A DNA stretch of 64,000 nt from the NCBI GenBank assembly GCA_037447605.1, contig CM074814.1, forward strand, positions 1,240,001 through 1,304,000. Direction: 5' to 3'. The number at the start of each line of letters is the position of its first letter. Within the stretch, counting starts at the first letter, position 1. The notes below the pieces were generated by a model, which saw nothing but the letters and a program-made list of their open reading frames with translations, was not told the origin of the DNA and ran no database searches. The position numbers and the translations under genes are program-made. This DNA is from Zygnema circumcarinatum SAG 698-1b. Its lineage: Eukaryota; Plantae; Zygnematophyceae. This document shows positions 32,656 through 43,431 of the stretch, one piece after another.

Positions 32656-35600
32656 CGAGGCAGGTGGACGACATGGAGCTCACGGTCCGCCGCCTGGTGG
32701 ACACGCTCCAAATGGAGTTCCGGGGCCTTTCGGACAGGCTCCGGAGGATCGAGGAAGGTATGCCCCCAACCCCCCCTCAGGCTGTAGAGGCAGTGGATGC
32801 AGCAGGTCCTGGGGAAGGGGTTAGGCAAACCACTCCGGTAGCGTCGTCTGTCCCGACGCCCCAACCGGCTGCCGGAAGCAGCCGGCAGAAGTCCGGACCC
32901 CCTGGTTTTTCCACGGGGGGAAGTCACCCCCACGGGGGTGGCGAACCACCCAGCAGTGGGGGACCCCCGTCGGGGGCAGCTGCTGGGGGCGGAGGAGATC
33001 CCAGTCCTCGGACTGCTCCCCCGCAACCTACTGAGGATGCCCGACGGAATCGGGCCAAGGTGGCCCCTCTTTCCTTTGGGGCGACATCCTACCCGCAGTT
33101 TTCGATTGGCGGTGGATTTAGATCAAGCGAAGGGCCGCCGGCGACCAAACTGTCCCCCTCCGGTGGGTAGCTTTGCTTACCGGCCTTTCGAAGGAACGCA
33201 TACACGTGTGTATGAGGGCCTCCGGATGAATTAAGGAGACGGTGGGATAAGTTAGAGAGATGAACTTATCAAACACTTTGAGGCCTTGGATCCCGGCTTG
33301 GAGCCGGGATAAATTTCGAACATGGTCCAAACGGCGGTGTCAGCGGTTTACGAGACTGCGACAAGTGTGCCTCCCGGATCACCACTCCTGGCACAGACTG
33401 ACTGAGTTCTTTCCACTTAGGGAATGGCGAAGCCACACCTAAGGAAGCGACTCTACGAACTAACCCACGGACTCTGAAACCGTGGGACCCCGCTGACTCT
33501 GAGCTGTACTTTGATGCAGCCATTCAATTGGACACCGCCCCTGCAGGCGATGCAGGCCCTTCCCGACCCCAGCAGAGGTCGGGCGATGTGACAGGGTCGT
33601 GGAAGGCGGGACCCTCAGTCCCTGCCAAGGTGGCAGGAAAGAATAAGCGGAAGCAGCCGGAAACGACTGCTCGCCCCACCACTGCAAGGCCGCAGAAGTT
33701 GACTCTAGAGGAAATGGAAGATCGCGGCCCGGGAGAACAGAATGTTTCATTTGCCGCGGGGAGGCACAAGGCCGGAGTTGCCCTCTGAACCTGCAAGGAC
33801 AAGAAGGGCAAGGGGCCGGAAAACCCCAACCCACCAGCAGCTTAGGGGTCGTTGCTGGTGGACATGCTAGGTTAGGGGGAGGAATGGAGACTGCTACCAG
33901 GACTAGGGGACATTTGTTTCTTAGAACCTCGGACATTCTTAATTTGGTGGGCAGGACTTTGGGAGTGCAAGATCTTTTTGTGTTTGATGTACTCCCTTCT
34001 TCCATTTCTCTTTCCCCTGCCACTGTAGTGACTCCTCCTGGGTTTATGGATGTGCTGATGCATGGTCAATGGACTGTGTTTATCCTCAATGTCATGGGTA
34101 ATGATGTCTTGGTGAATTGTGCCATGAATACCGTGCATGTCATGCGGGACACATCCCATATCCTTGCGCTGCATGTGCTGGTTCCTCAGCACATGGCAGT
34201 TCGCACCTTTCCCAGCGCCACTTGGCGGTTGGTGAAACAGTTGAGGAAAGGGCACACGTTGGTGCAAGAGATGGAAGGATCCACCAGCTTGCTGGTTGGC
34301 TCACCCTACACATTGGTGTGGAGGACGGCTCGTCCTCAACCTTCGCATATAGTGCGTCTATGTTTCCACAACGCATGCGTGCCGCGACGCCGTCGAATTC
34401 GGCAAATAGCGCCCGGCTGATTCTTACGCGCCGTCTTTGGGCGGATGCTAACTTTGTTAGTTCTGCGTTCACCCAGCGGTTTAACTTGACCACAGATCCC
34501 CATTCGGAAAGTGTTACTTTCGGGGATGGACGCAAGGGCCAGATCTCTGGTAGCGTCACGCTCAAGATCAAGCTCCAATCCTACTCCGGGGCAGTCAAGT
34601 GTCTTCTAACACAACTGGCCCCTGGTACTGATGTTATTTTGGGGAGTGCTTGGTTAACCATGGTCAAGGCACAAATGGACTTTTTAAATGTCCCCATTGC
34701 ATTCTGCGCCTTTGGTAGCTGACTTACGCGCCACTGGCAGGGCAGCATCCTCTCTATTTGTCCAGAAGCGACTGCTACCTCCTTATCATTGCTCGGCTAC
34801 AATTGTAGCGATTAAGGAGGGATACTGTTCATGGTGCATGTCATGGCGATACTTGAGGATATTTCATGACGAAGATCCCGAGCTGGCGAGATCACATCCA
34901 CGGATGTGCTCTCGGCTGTTCCATCCCAGATCCAACCTCTGTTGGATGAATTCAGGGATGTCTTCCCTGATGACCTTCCAAGAGGGTTGCCACCATCGAG
35001 AGGGGTGGGGCACACAATCCCTCTTGAGCCTGAGCAAAAGCCGCCTTGGCGGCCGATTTATCGGTTAAGCCCAAAAGAAACCGAGGAGATGCGTAAGCAA
35101 TTGGCAACTTTACGTGACAAGGGCTGGATAGAACCCAGCCAGAGCCCCTTTGGGGCGCCCATCTTGTTTGTTGGGAAAAAANNNNNNNNNNCAGTTGAGG
35201 TCTTTTCTGGGCTTTGCGAATTATTTTCGTAAGTTCATCCAAGGGTTTAGTAAGTTGGTTACTCCCTTGACTAATTTGACACGTTCCGGTGTCCCCTTTA
35301 CATGGACCCCTGAATGCCAGGATGCATTCGAAGGTGTGCGCCATGCACTTGTTACCGCACCCACTCTCCGTTTAGCGGACCCGTCCAAACCTTATGAAGT
35401 GGTTTGTGATGCTTCGGGATTCGCCTTGGGTGCCGTCTTGTTTCAAGATGGTCAACCTCTGGCGTATGAAAGTCGCAAAATGAATCCCGCTGAGCGCAAC
35501 TATTCTGCAACAGAACAGGAACTGCTTGCAGTGGTCCACGCCCTGAGGACATGGCGGTGCTATTTAGAGGGGGCGAAAGCGGTCACGCTGGTCACTGACC

Positions 35601-38272
35601 ACCGCCCGCTGACGTTTCTCTCTACCCAACGGACCACCTGTCTGAAGCGGCCGAGCCGCATTGCAGATGCGAGTTCCTCAAAGGTTTGTGCCGGTGGGTT
35701 TTATCGGCCGGAAGGCTGGTGTAGCGAGACCCAGCGGTAGGCGACCTAAACTTGCACGGATGATGCGCTTCGTCGACTCGAGTGTTGGTGGAGCGGATAG
35801 CGGAAGGTGAGGGCCGGTAACCCAGTCTCGTCTCGGTATGCTTTGTCGCCGTCCCTCCACGGTGGCCTTGATCAACCCTCCTGCTCTCTCTAATCTCCAG
35901 ACGGATGACCCGGAGGGTATCTTTGATGATCCTTTGTTCTGGATAGCCCAGGTGACGGGCTATAAGGACAAAGTAATGGTGTCTAGGGCGGATTTTGGTA
36001 CCAGTTGGTCATTGCCCAAGGCGGAGGCTGTCTGGCGGCTCGTGGGTGAGCTACATGATCCTCCGTGCAGTCACATGGGAGTTGCCGAGCCATTGAGGCA
36101 TTGCTCGAGTTACGGTGGCACGGACTCGAGGGATGTGGCGTATGTACTAAGCTTGTCCAACGTCAACGAAACAAACCCGCGCTGGCGGGATCCTGGCGGT
36201 ACAACCCCTCACACCTCCTTTTCGGAAATGGGACAGTGTGGGTATGGACTTGATCACAGATCTTCCTGTGACACCTCGGGGGCATGACTCCATCCTCGTC
36301 TTTGTCGATCGGCTCAGCAGGATGGTGCATTTTGCACCAACTACTAATACAGCTGGGGCCGACGAGATTGCGCGGTTGTATGTTGACAAAGTGTGGAGCC
36401 CGGCATGGTCTTGGTCGGTGTGTCGACGTGATCCCACGATTCACCCGGCCATTTTGGGCCGGAAGTGCTCAAATCGTTGGGACCAAGCGGGGCGTTGATG
36501 CGGCTTTCCACCCGCAAACCGATGGCGAGGCGGAGCGGTGAGCGGGATCTGGAGGATTACCTCCGGCATTATATGGGACCTACCTGAATGGGTGGAGACG
36601 AGCACTCCCGGTGGCGAGAATGCATGTAATAATGCTTTCCGGGGTCATTGGTACCACCCCTTTCTTCTTGAACTTTGGCTGACATCCCTCTAAATCCCAG
36701 CCAAGGATCGACCCTCGATCCGTGGAACATAGGCGTCCACGAACCCCGATCAGCGGAAGGCTGAGAGGGGTGATGGGACTCAACCTCAGCGGTCGAGATC
36801 TTTTGTCGGCCCCAATATGCGAGGAGCGGCTGCGAGGGCACGGCCGGACCACGCTAGCGGCCCGATGTGACAAAGGCCTATCGCGTCGTCACGTACCCAA
36901 CTCACCTTCAACGAAGGCGATGAGGTGTTGCTAAGTACGGCGAACTTGAGACTCAAAGCTTATGGCGGAACACGTAAGCTGTGGCCCCGCTTCATCGGAC
37001 CTTTCAGGGTCGTGAAGCGAATCAATGATGTCGCTTACAGGTTGGATTTACCATCCCACATGAAGGTGCATCCGGTCTTTCATGTGGGTTTGCTAAAGGT
37101 CTACCGTAGCGATGGGAGGATCCAGCCACCTCCCCCACCAGTGGAACTTGAAGGTGAACTTGAGTACGAAGTTGAAACCATTCAAGCCCACCGTCTTGTG
37201 AGAAAAGGTCGATCTTCCCGTCACGAATACCGCGTGAAATGGTTGGAGCTATGGGGGTTGAACATAGCACATGGGAAGCCGAGGGCAACAACCAATTGCG
37301 AGCTCATCAACTTGTCTTTGGGGCCTTGAGGCGCGAGGAGAAGCGAGCGGCGGCTCGAGAGGTTCACGAGCGTCCCAGCGCAACTTCGAAGGGACTTGAC
37401 CCGGGATTATGTTGAGCCCCTCGGTTATCCGCACGTAAGTTCGGCAGCGTGCCGTTGAAACTGGCTGCCTTTACTACCCCACACACGTGAACGAGGGCGT
37501 TCACATTCTCACAGGGGGGGGAGTAATGTAGCGAAACGCTACAGTCACCCCAAGGGGGAAGGGTTACTTAGGGCCCGGCGTGGCTTTATGTTTCCATCCA
37601 ATGCGGTACCTAACGGTTAGGGCATCGGATACCCTATAGGACCACGGAGGTCCTCGGTTCGAACCGTAAGAACTGGTTCACACGTTGGGGCACCACATAG
37701 TCACGGTGCGCCCCACACCAGCAGCCAAGGTCCCCTCCTCGACTTAAGGGAGGATTGGGGACTATCGGCACCACGGGACCAATCCGGTCCCGCGATTGGA
37801 TCTCGGGCCGCGGCCCGGATCCCCCTTTTGGAATTCGCCGTTCGTCCGTACAATTACGGGTACCCGTTGGTACAGACGGTAACAATCGAACTTTCCCGTA
37901 GCCGCCCAGCATAGGATCGACCGTGCTGACGTCTGTGGCGCGCGCGTCAGCGGCGTAGCGCCAGCGAAATCGCGATTGGCGTTAGTACGTTGTACACCTG
38001 ACCCGACCGGTCGAGAGAGGTTTTAATGTGATCAGCCACATTAGACTGACCCCTGCTTCCAATCCTCCATCTTTGGTAGGAGTTCAGCGGGGAAGCGTAA
38101 AGGGGAGGGTGGCTATCGTCACTCAACAGCGTACGGCATTGATTTGCACCCCCGCTTCGAGAGGCTGCGCCACCCACTCGAGCTCTCTCTCTCTCCGCAC
38201 GCCTCTCGCTGAACTTCGGAGTCTTTGGTGTGTGATTCAGCAGCGAGGCGAAGAGGCGTTTTGATTGTTACG
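32656..38272 (+). mobile_element. Ty3/gypsy chromovirus LTR retrotransposon, copy B (gag-PR-RT-RH-IN-chromodomain-3' LTR)
   Basis: gag ORF from 32664, CCHC knuckle remnant (ECFICRGE.HKARSCP ~33739), retropepsin (ANFVS...VTFGDG...DVILGSAWL), RT N-terminus (EFRDVFPDDLP..GLPPSR...PSQSPFGAPILFVGKK; core lost in the N gap 35182-35191), RNase H, integrase GPY/F (KLWPRFIGPFRV...AYRLDLP...HPVFHVGLLK), chromodomain (EYEVETIQAHR...EYRVKW), PPT aggggggggag 37513-37523 and 3' LTR from TGTAG 37527. Confidence 0.92.
35182..35191. other. Assembly gap (10 N); further gaps at 41382-41391 and 52399-52408, single N at 32517
   Basis: N runs in the sequence. This gap removes the RT core of gypsy copy B. Confidence 0.99.
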
Positions 38273-39752
38273 AGCAGAGTGATGGATACACCGACTCGGC
38301 GGGGAGGTGGCGTGGACGCCAGCGATGCGACCTCGGTTGTGTACCTGAGCGGTGGAAGCGATCTCATGGAGCTCGAAGCTACAGGATTCGGTTGCGTTGT
38401 CTAGCACCGAAGGCGAGTACATGGGAGCATGTCACGCAGCGAAGGAGGGAGTTTGGTTCCAACATTTCTTTGATGAGTGTAAGAGGCCACAACGTCCCTT
38501 GACTTTGTTCACGGATAACCAGTCGTCCATTGCTCTTGTTGAAAACCCTGTGTTTCATAAGAGAACAAAGCACATCAGAGTGCAATACCATTATGTGCGA
38601 GAATTGGTAGAGGAGGGGATGATTGTTGTGAAGTTCGTGGGGACGAAGGAGCAGGCTGCGGATATGTTGACTAAAGGAGTTAGTGGTGAGACGCTACTAG
38701 TGAATAGCAGACTCATTGGGCTAGGGCCCATGAGGAACTGAGGCCCAAGAGGGGGATTGTTAGTGTTAGTGTGCTATAGTTAGACATTGTACGGGTTCAC
38801 ACTAACATTGTTGTGGTCCTCGGTTGGAAACATGAGGATCTCTCTTGGTGGTGTTTGCTGGAATCACGGTCGGGCCAAATGTGGGTGGCCCGTGCAGGAG
38901 GATGTGGGTGTCGGTGGAACCCGGCGTCCGGACCCTTGGAATGCGGTCGCGGACCTAAGCGAGGTCAGCTACGGGAGGCGTGGCGTGCGAGCAGCCGAGG
39001 TAGCGGCGGCGGGAAATAGGCACAGCGGAGATTTAAATGTGAGGCGAAGCCCTTGAAATAATAATGTGTATCTGATGCTTAGCGCGAGAAACAGACTTTA
39101 TGCCTTGCTTAGCCGAAGCTGGCGGGCAGCATCTCTGGAGCGAAGCTGGCCCGAAGTTAGCGCTTCCGAAGCGGGCGACAAGATTGGCAGATGGGCGGCG
39201 GAAGCTATGCAGGCGGCAGCCCAGGTGGTCTTTGCTGGCGTGGGATTTCACGAAACACACGCAAAGGCTGGATGTTGAGCAGCGTGCGGTGCTGAGCATG
39301 AGGGCGGCCGTGACGTGACATCGGTCAAGCGGAGGTATCCGTAACACGACACCATGGCGGTATATAGGGTTTAGCTTGATTATGTAGGATAACCACATTA
39401 GACTACTGTATACCCGTGACTTACTCTGTGCCTGCTCGTGTTGCTGGGCTGCCCTGCTTGTGTCGCAAGGTAGTGAGTAAGGGGAGAAGTAGCTAGTGAG
39501 AGGGGGAGAACTTCATGTGGGTGACATTCTTATTATAAAGGAGTTTTAGAGCCGTGAGCTTTCTCCTAGACTTTCCCGTGTGTGATTTCCGCTGTGCTCG
39601 TCTCTGCGTTCATTCTGTGAGTTATGGGCTATGAGTGAAGTGAGATAGAGTGAGAGAGAGTGAAGATGTCTTCATCGGTGGGAACCGGAGTTCCAATGGA
39701 GGGCGACACGCGAGGTGGCGCCGGGAGCAGCGAGCAGATCCATGCTCCAACA
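38273..39752 (+). mobile_element. Ty1/copia 3' fragment B: RNase H, PPT and 3' LTR (38758-39752)
   Basis: ORF 38352-38741 ISWSSKLQDSVALSSTEGEYM...DNQSSIALVENPVFHKRTKHIRVQYHYVRE...EQAADMLTKG; PPT aagagggggat; LTR TGTTAG...CCAACA, homologous to 41030-41863. Confidence 0.9.
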
Positions 39753-40767
39753 TTACAAGCTCGGGGTGAACTCTGTGGAAATGGAAGAAGAAGAGATTAT
39801 AGATATGAAGACAATGAAAGTTGATTGGTCGCTGTACTTTAACGTTGAGACATCGCAGTAATAATATTTGCGATATTGTTAATTTTACGTGTTCAGTTGT
39901 ATGCTCATGTTTTTGAATATTGCTGGTTTCTCAATTCTATTTTTTTCCTTTTGTTGTTTGGTGTGCAATACGGTTGTGCAGGAGAAAAGCTGCAGAACGT
40001 TGTAAAGTTAAAGTTTATGTATTGAAGTCCAACCAACGGAGGTAGTACGGTAACTGTTGTTGCTTTTGTCTTGATGCTTCTCTGTTTTTTTTTCCAGCTT
40101 CACGCCTAAATCGTGTATTGTCGAGTGAGTTGCTAACACATACTTCCAAGTGCATTATGCATGACAATCAGGAAACGGAGGAGAAGGGAGGATGCTAAAA
40201 TTTTTGAATATGTGCTTCCGTGAGTTTAAGTCACTTCCCCTTTTTTATAGTTGTTCCTATTCAACGTACTTGTAGATTCTTGTGTGCTTTCCTGTCTTGA
40301 TTCTTGGAATCAACCGCATGTGTGCAGATAGACCTGTTCTTTTGGTTGGTGCCAGGTTGGATACTGAACTATTGGGTGTTCCTTCACAGAAGTTTTCAAC
40401 CTAAAGAACGAAGGGGATCAAATTGAGCAAGAACAAATGATTGATTCAATGCTGGAGGAGCCTTGCTAGTCGTTGCGAGTTATGAAGTGTACAAGTTCTA
40501 TCCGAAGGAGAGTGCGGAAACTCCAAAAGTATTGAAGTGGGAGGTAAAAGCGTGTTCATTTTCATCCTGGTAGTAGGGTGATTAACTTGCATGTTAGGAA
40601 TTGTACTTTTGTTTTTTGCTTTAGGCTCGTCTTAGAAAACAAGTAGCACATTTTTTAGGGCGACCGCTAACTTTAATCTTAATAATTTTTGTTGTGTGTT
40701 ACAGGTGGAATATGTGAACCGGATCTTTGGTAACGCAAATGAGATTTTTCCTCCCCTGCTACCAGAG
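39753..40767 (+). pseudogene. HIT4: HEAT-INTOLERANT 4 (HIT4)-like gene, 3' fragment, spliced and degenerate; possible final acidic exon at ~41960-42076
   Basis: Exons 39753-39857, 39982-40041, 40151-40219, 40390-40543 and 40705-40767 with GT-AG introns translate to KLGVNSVEMEEEEIIDMKTMKVDWSLY...KVYVLKSNQRSAL...KIFEYVLP...DQIEQ...EEP..VV...VYKFYPKESAETP...YVNRIFGNANEIF. This is collinear with AtHIT4 motifs recalled as KIGITSVQREVEEIIPMKKMKMDW, TQRRSAL, KKFEYCLP, KFYKFYP and FINRYYGKAHEVL. It has two apparent frameshifts, an internal deletion and no 5' half. Confidence 0.75.
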
Positions 40768-41029
40768 GTAAGTGTGATGGATGATAGGGCTATAAGTTGT
40801 GATGGCTTAGGACTTAGTCAAAACTAAGGATGGCAAAATATTCGTACAAGGGACTTATAGGATTTCAGATTTCAGAATCAGAACGTTTTAATATCTATTA
40901 GTTTTAGAGTTTTAAAACACTTTTAGAATAGTCGTATGACCGTTGAAATTGAATGACCTTACAGTTGTACGGTCTTCAAATTGGCGCTGGCCCGTCTGAG
41001 AGGCTGCCTGCAACGGCATTTGTAGTGGC

Positions 41030-41863
41030 TGTTAGTGTTAGTGTATTATAGTTAAGCATTACATAGTACACACTAACTTGGTTATGGTACTCAGTCGTGA
41101 AAAACTACCTAGTATGAGTCGCGATGACGTCAGCAACTTAAGTTCAGAGGTGCGCGTGTAGCGCGCGCGGGTGGAGTTTAGATGAACGACCACGATTGAT
41201 CGCGGCGCTAACTTGGAGACGCGCGGAGCTGATTGGTCGCGGCGCTGGCGCGAGGGCGCGTGGTACGGACGCGCGAAGATGATTGGACGCGGCGCGGGCG
41301 CGAGGACGCGGAGTGCGCGTCGGTGACGCGAAGCGACGAAGGAACGTCGGCGACGAATCGCGCAGCGCCACGCGGGCCACTNNNNNNNNNNCGTAGGTCG
41401 CTATTCTGAGTGCGCCGCTTTGCCGAATGCAAGGGCCAGCTATGGCGGCCGTGACGTGACATGTGTGTCACGTCACAGCGCCATATAGTATATAGTGTGT
41501 GTTGTGTGTTTGGTAGGTAATCTAGTCTGTCTCTTATTCTGTGCCAGCTCGTGTTGCTAGGCTGCCTTGCTCGTGTTGTGAGGTAGTGAGTAAGAGAGGA
41601 TAGGTTCATAAGGTGGGAAGTGAACTTTCATGTGGGAAGACATTTATTAAGGAGTTTTAGGGCCGTGAGCTTTCTCCTACACTTCTCTCGATTGATTTCC
41701 GCTGTGCTTGTCTCTGGTGTTCATTCTGTGAGTTATGGGCGATGAGTGAATTGAGATAAAGCTTTGAGAGTGATAGAGTGGTAATGACTTCATCGGTGGG
41801 AACACGAGTTCCCGTGGAGGGCGACACGAGAGGTGGAGCAGCGAGATGTCCCCTGCTTCAACA
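41030..41863 (+). mobile_element. Solo copia LTR with 5-bp target-site duplication GTGGC
   Basis: TGTTAG...CTTCAACA, flanked by GTGGC at 41025-41029 and 41864-41868. Strongly similar to the LTR at 38758-39752; contains a 10-N gap (41382-41391). Confidence 0.88.
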
Positions 41864-42805
41864 GTGGCAGACTTGCCAGATTTTAAATTTGTGAATTTGA
41901 ATGAAAACTATATCTCATCGACGCCATTGAGTTGTTGAAATCAACCTTAAGAGAAGGGTTCCATGGGAGTACACGTGCTGGGTCCGCTGGATAAGAATAA
42001 CAAGGAGGGAGTGCCAATGGAGGAGGATGATGAAGAAGCGGATGAAGAAAAAGAGGATGAGATGGACCAGAGCTAGTTGAGATAAAGGACGAGATTAGCG
42101 AGTTAGAATTAAACACTTGACAAATGCAACACCATTTCTAAGTACAAATTGACCAACTTTTTGCTCAATTCTTGATTGTCCCTCCCTCCTTCCCTCCCTC
42201 TCTCCCTCCTTCCCTCCCTCCCTCCCTGTAGTTACAACCCCCGCACATTTAGGGCCGTGCTGGCATTCATTTTGAGGCAAGACTTGTTTTCAAACGCTTG
42301 TATTGAGTTTGGATAACCACAGGCAGCAACAACATTGCAGTAGGGGTGAGAGGACCCACCCGCAGTGGCTCCCCGAGGCCCTCCCTCTATTGAGGCCCTT
42401 CCTCTATTGAGGCTGAGACAAACAGTGCTGTGCAGTGTTGGCAGTGGACGGACATCCAGCGACAATGGGAATGAATGTCGGACCTTGTTTGAAATAACTC
42501 CTGAAGCGCAAATGTCCGTGGAGGACAGGCCCCAGTAAAGGCGGAATGCATAGTCATGGTGAATGACTAATGACTAGTGCTTTATTTTCAGCCATATCGA
42601 CTAATGACTAATGACCAATGTATAGTTCTAGGAAACTCTCAGCCATGACTGAGGACTCCGACCGCCCCATGCTTTCAGTCGGCCAGACTCTAGTCAGCCT
42701 AGTCAGTCATGATCCTACTCGACTTCTGGTCGAGGGCAGGTCTGCCTGCCAAAAGCGGGTCGTCGCGAGTCAACGCATCGCCGTAACTGCCCGGCAACGG
42801 CGGCC

Positions 42806-42950
42806 AAAACCTTTCCGTGCCTCCCCCAACCAATCCCGTGCCAGTCTAAAACCTTCCCCTAGCTGCCCCAAGCAATCCTGCGCCAGTCTCAAACCTTTTC
42901 TCCCCTGCCCCCGCCAATCCCGCGGCCCCCCAAACCTTTCCGCCTGCCCG
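42806..42950. repeat. Cryptic degenerate ~42-bp tandem repeat (~3.5 copies)
   Basis: Units start with AAACCTT near 42806, 42848, 42891 and 42932. The first three carry C/GCAATCC followed by a GC-rich segment. Confidence 0.65.
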
Positions 42951-43431
42951 TGCCGTACCGGGTTCGCCCTCGCACGTGGCGCCATCGCGCCCTCAAGTTC
43001 GCCCGCCCGCCCACCCGCCGCCGCCCATGTGCCGCCCCGCCCGCCGTACGGCCGGTCCCTCCCCGCCCGCCCGTCCGTCTTGTCGTTTTGCGGGCCACGC
43101 ACGCCTGCCCCACATACCCCTCCCTCGGCGCGCACCGCCAGGAATCTTAATCCGTACCTTCCGCTTGTTGTATTTACACGTGGCGTCCTGGGCGCGTTTC
43201 ACGCGGCCGCCCGCGTGCCGCCCAGAGTTCGAGGCCAGCAAGGGGCCGCCCGGCCGCCTTGCCGCGGGAGGGCCTTCAATGAAGCGGGGGAAAGGACAAG
43301 GGACGGTACGGATGACGCTACAGTCATCGGACGGTTAGGATGCTCTTGAAAGTGGATCGGACGGTTGGGATTGCGGGAATCGATGTGGTGCTGGGCGACG
43401 CCGTGACTGTTTGAACGGAACTGCGCGAAGC

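Noticed and set aside
23028-38272. Many frameshifts in gypsy gag-pol suggesting programmed frameshifting or ancient decay
   Set aside because: Blocks identical between copies alternate with indel-rich blocks and N gaps, typical of partly polished long-read consensus, so they cannot be interpreted.
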